NCBI GenBank assembly: GCA_964016885.1
Contig: OZ024744.1
Coordinates: forward strand, 6,758,001-6,822,000
DNA: 64,000 nucleotides
Source: Eledone cirrhosa
Taxonomy: Eukaryota
Reading direction: 5' to 3'
The position numbers and the translations under genes were made by a program. Positions 53,401-64,000 of the stretch are shown here, piece by piece. The notes under the pieces are model-generated. The model saw only the letters and a program-made list of their open reading frames with translations. It was not told where the DNA came from and ran no database searches. Position 1 is the first letter of the stretch. Every line of letters starts with the position of its first letter.

Positions 53401-56400
53401 AGTAACGGTTATGTCTACTGCAGTATTGAACTGAGGTAGGTGTGGTGCAGTACCGGTTATGTCTACTGCAGTATTGCACTGATGTAGGTGTGGTGCAGTA
53501 ACGGTTATTTCTACTGCAGTATTGCACTGATGTAGGTGTGGTGCAGTAACGGTTATGTCTACTTGAAGTATTGCACTGATGTAGGTGTGGTGCAGTAACA
53601 GTTATGTCTACTGCAGTATTGCACTGATGTAGGTGTGGTGGAATAACGGTTATGTCTACTGCAGTATTGCATTGATGTAGGCGTGGTGCAGTAACGGTTA
53701 TGTCTACTGCAGTATTGCACTGATATAGGCGTGGTGCAGTAACGGTTATGTCTACTGCAGTATTGCACTGATGTAGGCGTGGTGCAGTAACGGTTATGTC
53801 TACTGCAGTATTGCACTGATTAGGTGTGGTGCAGTAACGGTTATTGCTACTGCAGTATTGCACTGATGTAGGTGTGGTGCATTAACGCTTATGTCTACTG
53901 CAGTATTGCACTGAGGTAGGTGTGGTGCAGTAACCGTTATGTCTACTGCAGTATTGCACTGAGGTAGGTGTGGTGCAGTAACGGTTATGTCTACCGCAGT
54001 ATTGCACTATTGTAGGTGTGGTGCAGTAACGTTTATGTCTACTGCAGTATTGCACTGATGTAGGTGTGGTGCAGTAACAGTTATGTCTACTGCAGTATTG
54101 CACTGAGGTAGGTGTGGTGCAGTAACGGTTATGTCTACTGCAGTATTGAACTGAGGTAGGTGTGGTGCAGTAACGGTTATTTCTACTGCAGTATTGCACT
54201 ATTGTAGGTGTAGTGCAGTAACGGTTATGTCTACTGCAGTATTGCACTGATGTAGGTGTGGTGCAGTAACGGTTATGTCTACTGCAATATTGCACTGATG
54301 TAGGTGTGGTGCAGTAACGGTTATGTCTACTGCAGTATTGCACTGATGTAGGTGTGGTGCAGTAACGGTTATGTCTTCTGAAGTATTGCACTGATGTAGG
54401 TGTGGTGCTGTAACGGTTATGTCTACTGCAGTATTGCACTGAGGTAGGTGTGGTGCTGTAACGGGTATGTCTACTGCAGTATTGCACTGAGGTAATTGTG
54501 GTGCAGTACCGGTTATGTCTACTGTAGTATTGCACTGATGTAGGTGTGGTGCAGTAACGGTTATGTCTACTGCAGTATTGCACTGAGGTAGGTTTGGTGC
54601 AGTAACGGTTATGTCTACTGCAGTATTGTACTGATGTAGGTGTGGTGCAGTAACGATTATGTCTACTGCAGTATTGCACTGAGGTAGGCGTGGTGCAGTA
54701 CCGGTTATGTCTACTGCAGTATTGCACTGATGTAGGTGTGGTGCAGTAACGGTTATTTCTACTGCAGTATTGCACTAAGTTATGTGTGGTGCAGTATCGG
54801 TTATGTCTACAGCAGTATTGCACTGAGGTAGGTGAGGTGCAGTATTGGTTATGTCTACAGCAGTATTGCACTGAGGTAGGTGTGGTGCAGTAACGGTTAT
54901 GTATACTCCAGTATTGCACTGATGTAGGTGTGGTGAAGTAACGGGTATGTCTACTGCAGTATTGCACTGATGTAGGTGTGGTGCAGTAACAGTTATTTCT
55001 ACTGCAGTATTGCACTGATGTATGTGTGGTGCAGTAACGGTTATGTCTACTGCAGTATTGCACTGATGTAGGTGTGGTGCAGTAACGGTTATGTCTTCTG
55101 AAGTATTGCACTGATGTAGGTGTGGTACTGTAACGGTTATGTCTACTGCAGTATTGCACAGAGGTAGGTGTGGTGCTGTAACGGGTATGTCTACTGCAGT
55201 ATTGCACTGAGGTAATTGTGGTGCAGTACCGGTTATGTCTACTGTAGTATTGCACTGATGTAGGTGTGGTGCAGTAACGGTTATGTCTACTGCAGTATTG
55301 CACTGAGGTAGGTTTGGTGCAGTAACGGATATGTCTACTGCAGTATTGTACTGATGTAGGTGTGGTGCAGTAACGGTTATTTCTACTGCAGTATTGCACT
55401 GATGTAGGCGTGGTGCAGTAACGGTTATGTCTACTGCAGTATTACACTGATTAGGTGTGGTGCAGTAACGGTTATTGCTACTGCAGTATTGCACTGAGGT
55501 AGGTGTGGTGCAGTAACGGATATGTCTACTGCTGTATTGCACTGACGTACGTGTGGTGCAGTAACGGTTATGTCTACTGCAATATTGCACTGATATAGGT
55601 GTAGTGCAGTAACGGTTATTTCTACTACAGTATTGCACTGAGGTAGGTGTGGTGCAGTAACGGTTATGCCTACTACAATATTGCACTAATGTAGGTGTGG
55701 TGCAGTAACGGGTATGTCTCTGCAGTATTACACTGATGTAAGTGTGGTGCAGTAACGGTTATGTCTACTGCAGTATTGAACTGATGAAGGTGTGGTCTAG
55801 TAAGGGTTATGTCTACTGCAGTATTGCACTGATGTAGGTGTGGTGCAGTAACGGTCATGTCTACAGCAGTATTGCACTGATGTAGGTGTGGTGCAGTAAC
55901 GGTTATTTCTACTGCAGTATTGCACTGAGGTAAGTGTGGTGCAGTAACGGTTATGTCTACTGCAGTATTGCACTGATGAAGGTGTGGTGCAGTAAAGGTT
56001 ATTTCTACTGCTGTATTGCACTGAGATAGGTGTGGTGCAGTAACATTTATGTCTACTGCAGTATGGCACTGAGGTAGGTGTGGTGCAGTAACGGTTATGT
56101 CTACTGCAGTATTGCACTGAGGTAGGTGTGGTGCAGTACCGGTTATGTATACTCCAGTATTGCACTGATGTAGGTGTGGTGCAGTAACGGGTATGTCTAC
56201 TGCAGTATTGCACTGATGTAGGTGTGGTGCAGTAACAGTTATTTCTACTGCAGTATTGCACTGATGTATGTGTGGTGCAGTAACGGTTATGTCTACTGCA
56301 GTATTGCACTGATATATGTGTGGTGCAGTAACGGTTATGTCTACTGCAGTATTGCACTGAGGAAGGTGTGGTGCATTAACGGTTATGTCTACTGCAGTAT

Positions 56401-57740
56401 TGCACTGAGGTAGGTGTCGTGCAGTAACGGTTATGTCTACTGCAGTATTGCACTGAGCTAGGTGTGGTGCAGTAACGATTATGTCTACTGCAGTATTGCA
56501 CTGATGAAGGTGTGGTGCAGTAAAGGTTATTTCTACTGCTGTATTGCACTGAGATAGGTGTGGTGCAGTAACATTTATGTCTACTGCAGTATTGCACTGA
56601 GGTAGGTGTGGTGCAGTAACGGTTATGTCTACTGCAGTATTGCACTGAGGTAGGTGTGGTGCAGTACCGGTTATGTCTACTGCAGTATTGCACTGATGTA
56701 GGTGTGGTGCAGTAACGGTTATTTCTACTGCAGTATTGCACTGATGTAGGTGTGGTGCAGTAACGGTTATGTCTACTTGAAGTATTGCACTGATGTAGGT
56801 GTGGTGCAGTAACAGTTATGTCTACTGCAGTATTGCACTGATGTAGGTGTGGTGGAATAACGGTTATGTCTACTGCAGTATTGCATTGATGTAGGCGTGG
56901 TGCAGTAACGGTTATGTCTACTGCAGTATTGCACTGATATAGGCGTGGTGCAGTAACGGTTATGTCTACTGCAGTATTGCACTGATGTAGGCGTGGTGCA
57001 GTAACGGTTATGTCTACTGCAGTATTGCACTGATTAGGTGTGGTGCAGTAACGGTTATTGCTACTGCAGTATTGCACTGATGTAGGTGTGGTGCATTAAC
57101 GCTTATGTCTACTGCAGTATTGCACTGAGGTAGGTGTGGTGCAGTAACCGTTATGTCTACTGCAGTATTGCACTGAGGTAGGTGTGGTGCAGTAACGGTT
57201 ATGTCTACCGCAGTATTGCACTATTGTAGGTGTGGTGCAGTAACGTTTATGTCTACTGCAGTATTGCACTGATGTAGGTGTGGTGCAGTAACAGTTATGT
57301 CTACTGCAGTATTGCACTGAGGTAGGTGTGGTGCAGTAACGGTTATGTCTACTGCAGTATTGAACTGAGGTAAGTGTGGTGCAGTAACGGTTATTTCTAC
57401 TGCAGTATTGCACTATTGTAGGTGTAGTGCAGTAACGGTTATGTCTACTGCAGTATTGCACTGATGTAGGTGTGGTGCAGTAACGGTTATGTCTACTGCA
57501 ATATTGCACTGATGTAGGTGTGGTGCAGTAACGGTTATGTCTACTGCAGTATTGCACTGATGTAGGTGTGGTGCAGTAACGGTTATGTCTTCTGAAGTAT
57601 TGCACTGATGTAGGTGTGGTGCTGTAACGGTTATGTCTACTGCAGTATTGCACTGAGGTAGGTGTGGTGCTGTAACGGGTATGTCTACTGCAGTATTGCA
57701 CTGAGGTAATTGTGGTGCAGTACCGGTTATATCTACTGTA
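47230..57740 (+). repeat. Near-identical tandem duplication, unit 5277 bp (110 monomers, net -3): ~47230-52510 and ~52511-57740
   Basis: ORF pairs 47466/52743, 47786/53063, 48605/53882, 49498/54775 and 50520/55797 are offset by 5277. The offset becomes 5229 (51147/56376) after loss of one GAGCTAGG monomer near 55970. Confidence 0.92.
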
Positions 57741-60479
57741 GTATTGCACTGATGTAGGTGTGGTGCAGTAACGGTTATGTCTACTGCAGTATTGCACTGA
57801 GGTAGGTTTGGTGCAGTAACGGTTATGTCTACTGCAGTATTGTACTGATGTAGGTGTGGTGCAGTAACGATTATGTCTACTGCAGTATTGCACTGAGGTA
57901 GGCGTGGTGCAGTACCGGTTATGTCTACTGCAGTATTGCACTGATGTAGGTGTGGTGCAGTAACGGTTATTTCTACTGCAGTATTGCACTAAGTTATGTG
58001 TGGTGCAGTATCGGTTATGTCTACAGCAGTATTGCACTGAGGTAGGTGAGGTGCAGTATTGGTTATGTCTACAGCAGTATTGCACTGAGGTAGGTGTGGT
58101 GCAGTAACGGTTATGTATACTCCAGTATTGCACTGATGTAGGTGTGGTGCTGTAACGGGTATGTCTACTGCAGTATTGCAATGAGGTAATTGTGGTGCAG
58201 TACCGGTTATGTCTACTGTAGTATTGCACTGATGTAGGTGCGGTGCAGTAACGGTTATGTCTACTGCAGTATTGCACTGAGGTAGGTTTGGTGCAGTAAC
58301 GGATATGTCTACTGCAGTATTGTACTGATGTAGGTGTCGTGCAGTAACGATTATGTCTACTGCAGTATTGCACTGAGGTAGGCGTGGTGCAGTACCGGTT
58401 ATGTCTACTGCAGTATTGCACTGATATAGGTGTGGTGCAGTAACGGTTATTTCTACTGCAGTATTGCACTGATGTAGGCGTGGTGCAGTAACGGTTATGT
58501 CTACTGCAGTATTGAACTGATGAAGGTGTGGTCTAGTAAGGGTTATGTCTACTGCAGTATTGCACTGATGTAGGTGTGGTGCAGTAACGGTCATGTCTAC
58601 AGCAGTATTGCACTGATGTAGGTGTGGTGCAGTAACGGTTATTTCTACTGCAGTAATGCACTGAGGTAAGTGTGGTGCAGTAACGGCTATGTCTACTGCA
58701 GTATTGCACTGAGCTAGCTGTGGTGCAGTAACGGTTATGTCTACTGCAGTATTGCACTGATGAAGGTGTGGTGCAGTAAAGGTTATTTCTACTGCTGTAT
58801 TGCACTGAGATAGGTGTGGTGCAGTAACATTTATGTCTACTGCAGTATTGCACTGAGGTAGGTGTGGTGCAGTAACGGTTATGTCTACTGCAGTATTGCA
58901 CTGATGTAGGCGTGGTGCAGTAACGATTATGTCTACTGCAGTATTGCACTGAGGCAGGTGCGGTGCAGTAACGGTTATGTCTACTGCAGTATTGCACTGA
59001 GGTAGGTGTGGTGCAGTAACGGATATGTCTACTGCAGTATTGCACTGAGGTAGGTGTGGTGCAGTACCGGTTATGTCTACTGCAGTATTGCACTGATGTA
59101 GGTGTGGTGCAGTAACGGTTATTTCTACTGCAGTATTGCACTGATGTAGGTGTGGTGCAGTAACGGTTATGTCTACTTGAAGTATTGCACTGGTGTAGGC
59201 GTGGTGCAGTAACAGTTATGTCTACTGCAGTATTGCACTGATGTAGGTGTGGTGGAATAACGGTTATGTCTACTGCAGTATTGCACTGAGTTAGGTGTGG
59301 TGCAGTAGCGGTTTGTCTACTGCAGTATTGCACTGATGTAGGTGTGGTGCATTAACGCTTATGTCTACTGCAGTATTGCATTGATGTAGGCGTGGTCCAG
59401 TAACGGTTATGTCTACTGCAGTATTGCACTGATATAGGCGTGGTGCAGTAACGGTTATGTCTACTGCAGTATTGCACTGATCTAGGCGTGGTGCAGTAAC
59501 GGTTATGTCTACTGCAGTATTGCACTGATTAGGTGTGGTGCAGTAACGGTTATTGCTACTGCAGTATTGCACTGATGTAGGTGTGGTGCATTAACGCTTA
59601 TGTCTACTGCAGTATTGCACTGAGGTAGGTGTGGTGCAGTAACCGTTATGTCTACTGCAGTATTGCACTGAGGTAGGTGTGGTGCAGTAACGGTTATGTC
59701 TACCGCAGTATTGCACTATTGTAGGTGTGGTGCAGTAACGTTTATGTCTACTGCAATATTGCACTGATATAGTTGTGGTGCAGTAACGGTTATGTCTACT
59801 GCAGTATTGCACTGAGATAGGTGTGGTGCAGTAACCGTTATGTTTACTGCAGTATTGCACTGATGTAGGTGTGGTGCAGTAATAGTTATGTCTACTGCAG
59901 TATTGCACTGAGGTAGGTGTGGTGCAGTAACGGTTATGTCTACTGCAGTATTGAACTGAGGTAGGTGTGGTGCAGTAACGGTTATTTCTACTGCAGTATT
60001 GCACTATTGTAGGTGTGGTGCTGTAACGGTTATGTCTACTGCAGTATTGCACTGAGGTAGGTGTGGCGCAGTAACGGCTATGTCCACTGCAGTATTGCAC
60101 TGATGTAGGTGTGGTGCAGTAACGGTTATTTCTACTGCATTATTGCACTGATGTAGGTGTGGTGCAGTAACGGTTAGGTCTACTGCAGTATTGCACTGAG
60201 GTAGGTGTGGTGCAGTAACGGTTATGTCTACTGTTGTATTGCACTGAGGTAATTGTGGTGCAGTACCGGTTATGTCTACTGTAGTATTGCACTGATGTAG
60301 GTGTGGTGCAGTAACGGTTATGTCTACTGCAGTATTGCACTGAGGTAGGTTTGGTGCAGTAACGGATATGTCTACTGCAGTATTGTACTGATGTAGGTGT
60401 CGTGCAGTAACGATTATGTCTACTGCAGTATTGCACTGAGGTAGGCGTGGTGCAGTACCGGTTATGTCTACTGCAGTAT

Positions 60480-63300
60480 TGCACTGATGTAGGTGTGGTG
60501 CAGTAACGGTTATTTCTACTGCAGTATTGCACTGATGTAGGCGTGGTGCAGTAACGGTTATGTCTACTGCAGTATTGCACTGATTAGGTGTGGTGCAGTA
60601 ACGGTTATTGCTACTGCAGTATTGCACTGAGGTAGGTGTGGTGCAGTAACGGATATGTCTACTGCTGTATTGCACTGACGTACGTGTGGTGCAGTAACGG
60701 TTATGTCTACTGCAATATTGCACTGATATAGGTGTAGTGCAGTAACGGTTATTTCTACTACAGTATTGCACTGAGGTAGGTGTGGTGCAGTAACGGTTAT
60801 GCCTACTACAATATTGCACTAATGTAGGTGTGGTGCAGTAACGGGTATGTCTCTGCAGTATTACACTGATGTAAGTGTGGTGCAGTAACGGTTATGTCTA
60901 CTGCAGTATTGAACTGATGAAGGTGTGGTCTAGTAAGGGTTATGTCTACTGTAGTATTGCACTGATGTAGGTGTGGTGCAGTAACGGTCATGTCTACAGC
61001 AGTATTGCACTGATGTAGGTGTGGTGCAGTAACGGTTATTTCTACTGCAGTATTGCACTGAGGTAAGTGTGGTGCAGTAACGGTTATGTCTACTGCAGTA
61101 TTGCACTGAGCTAGGTGTGGTGCAGTAACGGTTATGTCTACTGCAGTATTGCACTGATGAAGGTGTGGTGCAGTAAAGGTTATTTCTACTGCTGTATTGC
61201 ACTGAGATAGGTGTGGTGCAGTAACATTTATGTCTACTGCAGTATGGCACTGAGGTAGGTGTGGTGCAGTAACGGTTATGTCTACTGCAGTATTGCACTG
61301 AGGTAGGTGTGGTGCAGTACCGGTTATGTATACTCCAGTATTGCACTGATGTAGGTGTGGTGCAGTAACGGGTATGTCTACTGCAGTATTGCACTGATGT
61401 AGGTGTGGTGCAGTAACAGTTATTTCTACTGCAGTATTGCACTGATGTATGTGTGGTGCAGTAACGGTTATGTCTACTGCAGTATTGCACTGATATACGT
61501 GTGGTGCAGTAACGGTTATGTCTACTGCACTATTGCACTGAGGAAGGTGTGGTGCATTAACGGTTATGTCTACTGCAGTATTGCACTGAGGTAGGTGTCG
61601 TGCAGTAACGGTTATGTCTACTGCAGTATTGCACTGAGCTAGGTGTGGTGCAGTAACGATTATGTCTACTGCAGTATTGCACTGATGAAGGTGTGGTGCA
61701 GTAAAGGTTATTTCTACTGCTGTATTGCACTGAGATAGGTGTGGTGCAGTAACATTTATGTCTACTGCAGTATTGCACTGAGGTAGGTGTGGTGCAGTAA
61801 CGGTTATGTCTACTGCAGTATTGCACTGAGGTAGGTGTGGTGCAGTACCGGTTATGTCTACTGCAGTATTGCACTGATGTAGGTGTGGTGCAGTAACGGT
61901 TATTTCTACTGCAGTATTGCACTGATGTAGGTGTGGTGCAGTAACGGTTATGTCTACTTGAAGTATTGCACTGATGTAGGTGTGGTGCAGTAACAGTTAT
62001 GTCTACTGCAGTATTGCACTGATGTAGGTGTGGTGGAATAACGGTTATGTCTACTGCAGTATTGCATTGATGTAGGCGTGGTGCAGTAACGGTTAGGTCT
62101 ACTGCAGTATTGCACTGATATAGGCGTGGTGCAGTAACGGTTATGTCTACTGCAGTATTGCACTGATGTAGGCGTGGTGCAGTAACGGTTATGTCTACTG
62201 CAGTATTGCACTGATTAGGTGTGGTGCAGTAACGGTTATTGCTACTGCAGTATTGCACTGATGTAGGTGTGGTGCATTAACGCTTATGTCTACTGCAGTA
62301 TTGCACTGAGGTAGGTGTGGTGCAGTAACCGTTATGTCTACTGCAGTATTGCACTGAGGTAGGTGTGGTGCAGTAACGGTTATGTCTACCGCAGTATTGC
62401 ACTATTGTAGGTGTGGTGCAGTAACGTTTATGTCTACTGCAGTATTGCACTGATGTAGGTGTGGTGCAGTAATAGTTATGTCTACTGCAGTATTGCACTG
62501 AGGTAGGTGTGGTGCAGTAACGGTTATGTCTACTGCAGTATTGAACTGAGGTAAGTGTGGTGCAGTAACGGTTATTTCTACTGCAGTATTGCACTATTGT
62601 AGGTGTAGTGCAGTAACGGTTATGTCTACTGCAGTATTGCACTGATGTAGGTGTGGTGCAGTAACGGTTATGTCTACTGCAATATTGCACTGATGTAGGT
62701 GTGGTGCAGTAACGGTTATGTCTACTGCAGTATTGCACTGATGTAGGTGTGGTGCAGTAACGGTTATGTCTTCTGAAGTATTGCACTGATGTAGGTGTGG
62801 TGCTGTAACGGTTATGTCTACTGCAGTATTGCACTGAGGTAGGTGTGGTGCTGTAACGGGTATGTCTACTGCAGTATTGCACTGAGGTAATTGTGGTGCA
62901 GTACCGGTTATATCTACTGTAGTATTGCACTGATGTAGGTGTGGTGCAGTAACGGTTATGTCTACTGCAGTATTGCACTGAGGTAGGTTTGGTGCAGTAA
63001 CGGTTATGTCTACTGCAGTATTGTACTGATGTAGGTGTGGTGCAGTAACGATTATGTCTACTGCAGTATTGCACTGAGGTAGGCGTGGTGCAGTACCGGT
63101 TATGTCTACTGCAGTATTGCACTGATGTAGGTGTGGTGCAGTAACGGTTATTTCTACTGCAGTATTGCACTAAGTTATGTGTGGTGCAGTATCGGTTATG
63201 TCTACAGCAGTATTGCACTGAGGTAGGTGAGGTGCAGTATTGGTTATGTCTACAGCAGTATTGCACTGAGGTAGGTGTGGTGCAGTAACGGTTATGTATA
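60480..63300 (+). repeat. Further partial copy matching ~55350-58140 (offset 5133 then 5181)
   Basis: ORF coordinates 55686/60819 and 55797/60930 are offset by 5133. Coordinates 56376/61557 and 57096/62277 are offset by 5181. Confidence 0.82.
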
Positions 63301-64000
63301 CTCCAGTATTGCACTGATGTAGGTGTGGTGAAGTAACGGGTATGTCTACTGCAGTATTGCACTGATGTAGGTGTGGTGCAGTAACAGTTATTTCTACTGC
63401 AGTATTGCACTGATGTATGTGTGGTGCAGTAACGGTTATGTCTACTGCAGTATTGCACTGATGTAGGTGTGGTGCAGTAACGGTTATGTCTTCTGAAGTA
63501 TTGCACTGATGTAGGTGTGGTGCTGTAACGGTTATGTCTACTGCAGTATTGCACAGAGGTAGGTGTGGTGCTGTAACGGGTATGTCTACTGCAGTATTGC
63601 ACTGAGGTAATTGTGGTGCAGTACCGGTTATGTCTACTGTAGTATTGCACTGATGTAGGTGCGGTGCAGTAACGGTTATGTCTACTGCAGTATTGCACTG
63701 AGGTAGGTTTGGTGCAGTAACGGATATGTCTACTGCAGTATTGTACTGATGTAGGTGTCGTGCAGTAACGATTATGTCTACTGCAGTATTGCACTAAGGT
63801 AGGCGTGGTGCAGTACCGGTTATGTCTACTGCAGTATTGCACTGATATAGGTGTGGTGCAGTAACGGTTATTTCTACTGCAGTATTGCACTGATGTAGGC
63901 GTGGTGCAGTAACGGTTATGTCTACTGCAGTATTGCACTGATTAGGTGTGGTGCAGTAACGGTTATTGCTACTGCAGTATTGCACTGAGGTAGGTGTGGT

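Larger units (their letters stand above)
1..64000 (+). repeat. 48-bp tandem satellite DNA array, ~1,334 head-to-tail monomers, extending beyond both window ends
   Basis: Consensus CACTGA[T/G]GTAGGTGTGGTGCAGTAACGGTTATGTCTACTGCAGTATTG starts at 1, 49, 97, 145 and continues to the last partial copy at 63983. I saw no non-repeat sequence or inversion. Every ORF translation is a 16-aa periodic peptide. Confidence 0.99.
34800..64000 (+). repeat. Right variant domain (subfamily R) of the satellite
   Basis: Diagnostic variants include GTAGGCGTGG, GGTGGAATAAC, CTACTTGAAG (49-mer), CACTATTGTAGG, GGTCTAGTAAGGG, GCCTACTACAAT, GGTCATGTCTACAGC and GATTAGG...TTATTGCTAC. They first appear at ~34.9-36.9 kb and recur to the window end. 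Confidence 0.8.

Noticed and set aside
36122-61594. Short + strand ORFs (MWCSNSYFYCSIAL...)
   Set aside because: They arise only where three consecutive monomers happen to lose the TAG stop (TATG, TACG, GAAG variants). Their recurrence reflects block duplication, not independent conservation.
488-63985. About 130 ORFs of 61-553 aa as protein-coding genes
   Set aside because: All are translations of the 48-bp unit. The 'MQYC' starts are mostly GTG codons inside the repeat. ORFs switch frame at 1-bp indels and end at sporadic stops, and none has a unique N- or C-terminal domain, so frame is not being preserved.
1-64000. CRISPR array (palindromic repeats at regular spacing)
   Set aside because: There are no unique spacers: the whole 48 bp is repeated. 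No leader or cas genes are present.
1-64000. Embedded transposon, inversion, tRNA/rRNA or other hidden unique insert
   Set aside because: Reading through, every segment aligns to the monomer in the same orientation. The largest deviations are 1-2 bp indels and 3-5 substitutions per unit. A very short insert could have escaped visual inspection.

Overview
The whole 64 kb window is one uninterrupted, single-orientation tandem satellite of about 1,334 copies of a 48-bp monomer. The + strand consensus is CACTGA[T/G]GTAGGTGTGGTGCAGTAACGGTTATGTCTACTGCAGTATTG (46% GC, 65% G+T). The array runs off both ends, and most monomers carry 0-3 substitutions plus occasional small indels. I see no unique sequence, transposon, RNA gene, CRISPR spacer or credible gene. 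The ORF track is an artefact of a 48-bp (16-codon) unit with two stop-free minus-strand frames. The informative signal lies in the variant pattern. There are two monomer-variant domains (about 1-34 kb and 35-64 kb) with an interleaved, duplicated junction. There are nested kb-scale duplications (offsets 2496, 3743, ~2926, 5277, ~5800 and 16544 bp) and a recurring 61/122-monomer period. The monomer is rich in overlapping palindromes and carries an Ovo/Myb-type AGTAACGGTTA motif. Most speculatively, it shows the element order of a degenerate type-I hammerhead ribozyme core (CUGAnG...GnAAC...GUC), and two monomers (34625, 40431) restore the full CUGAUGA/GAAA/UUC core, although stems I and II are poor. 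A eukaryotic heterochromatic origin is inferred, not shown. All offsets were derived by eye and from ORF coordinates; boundaries are approximate to about 1-2 monomers.
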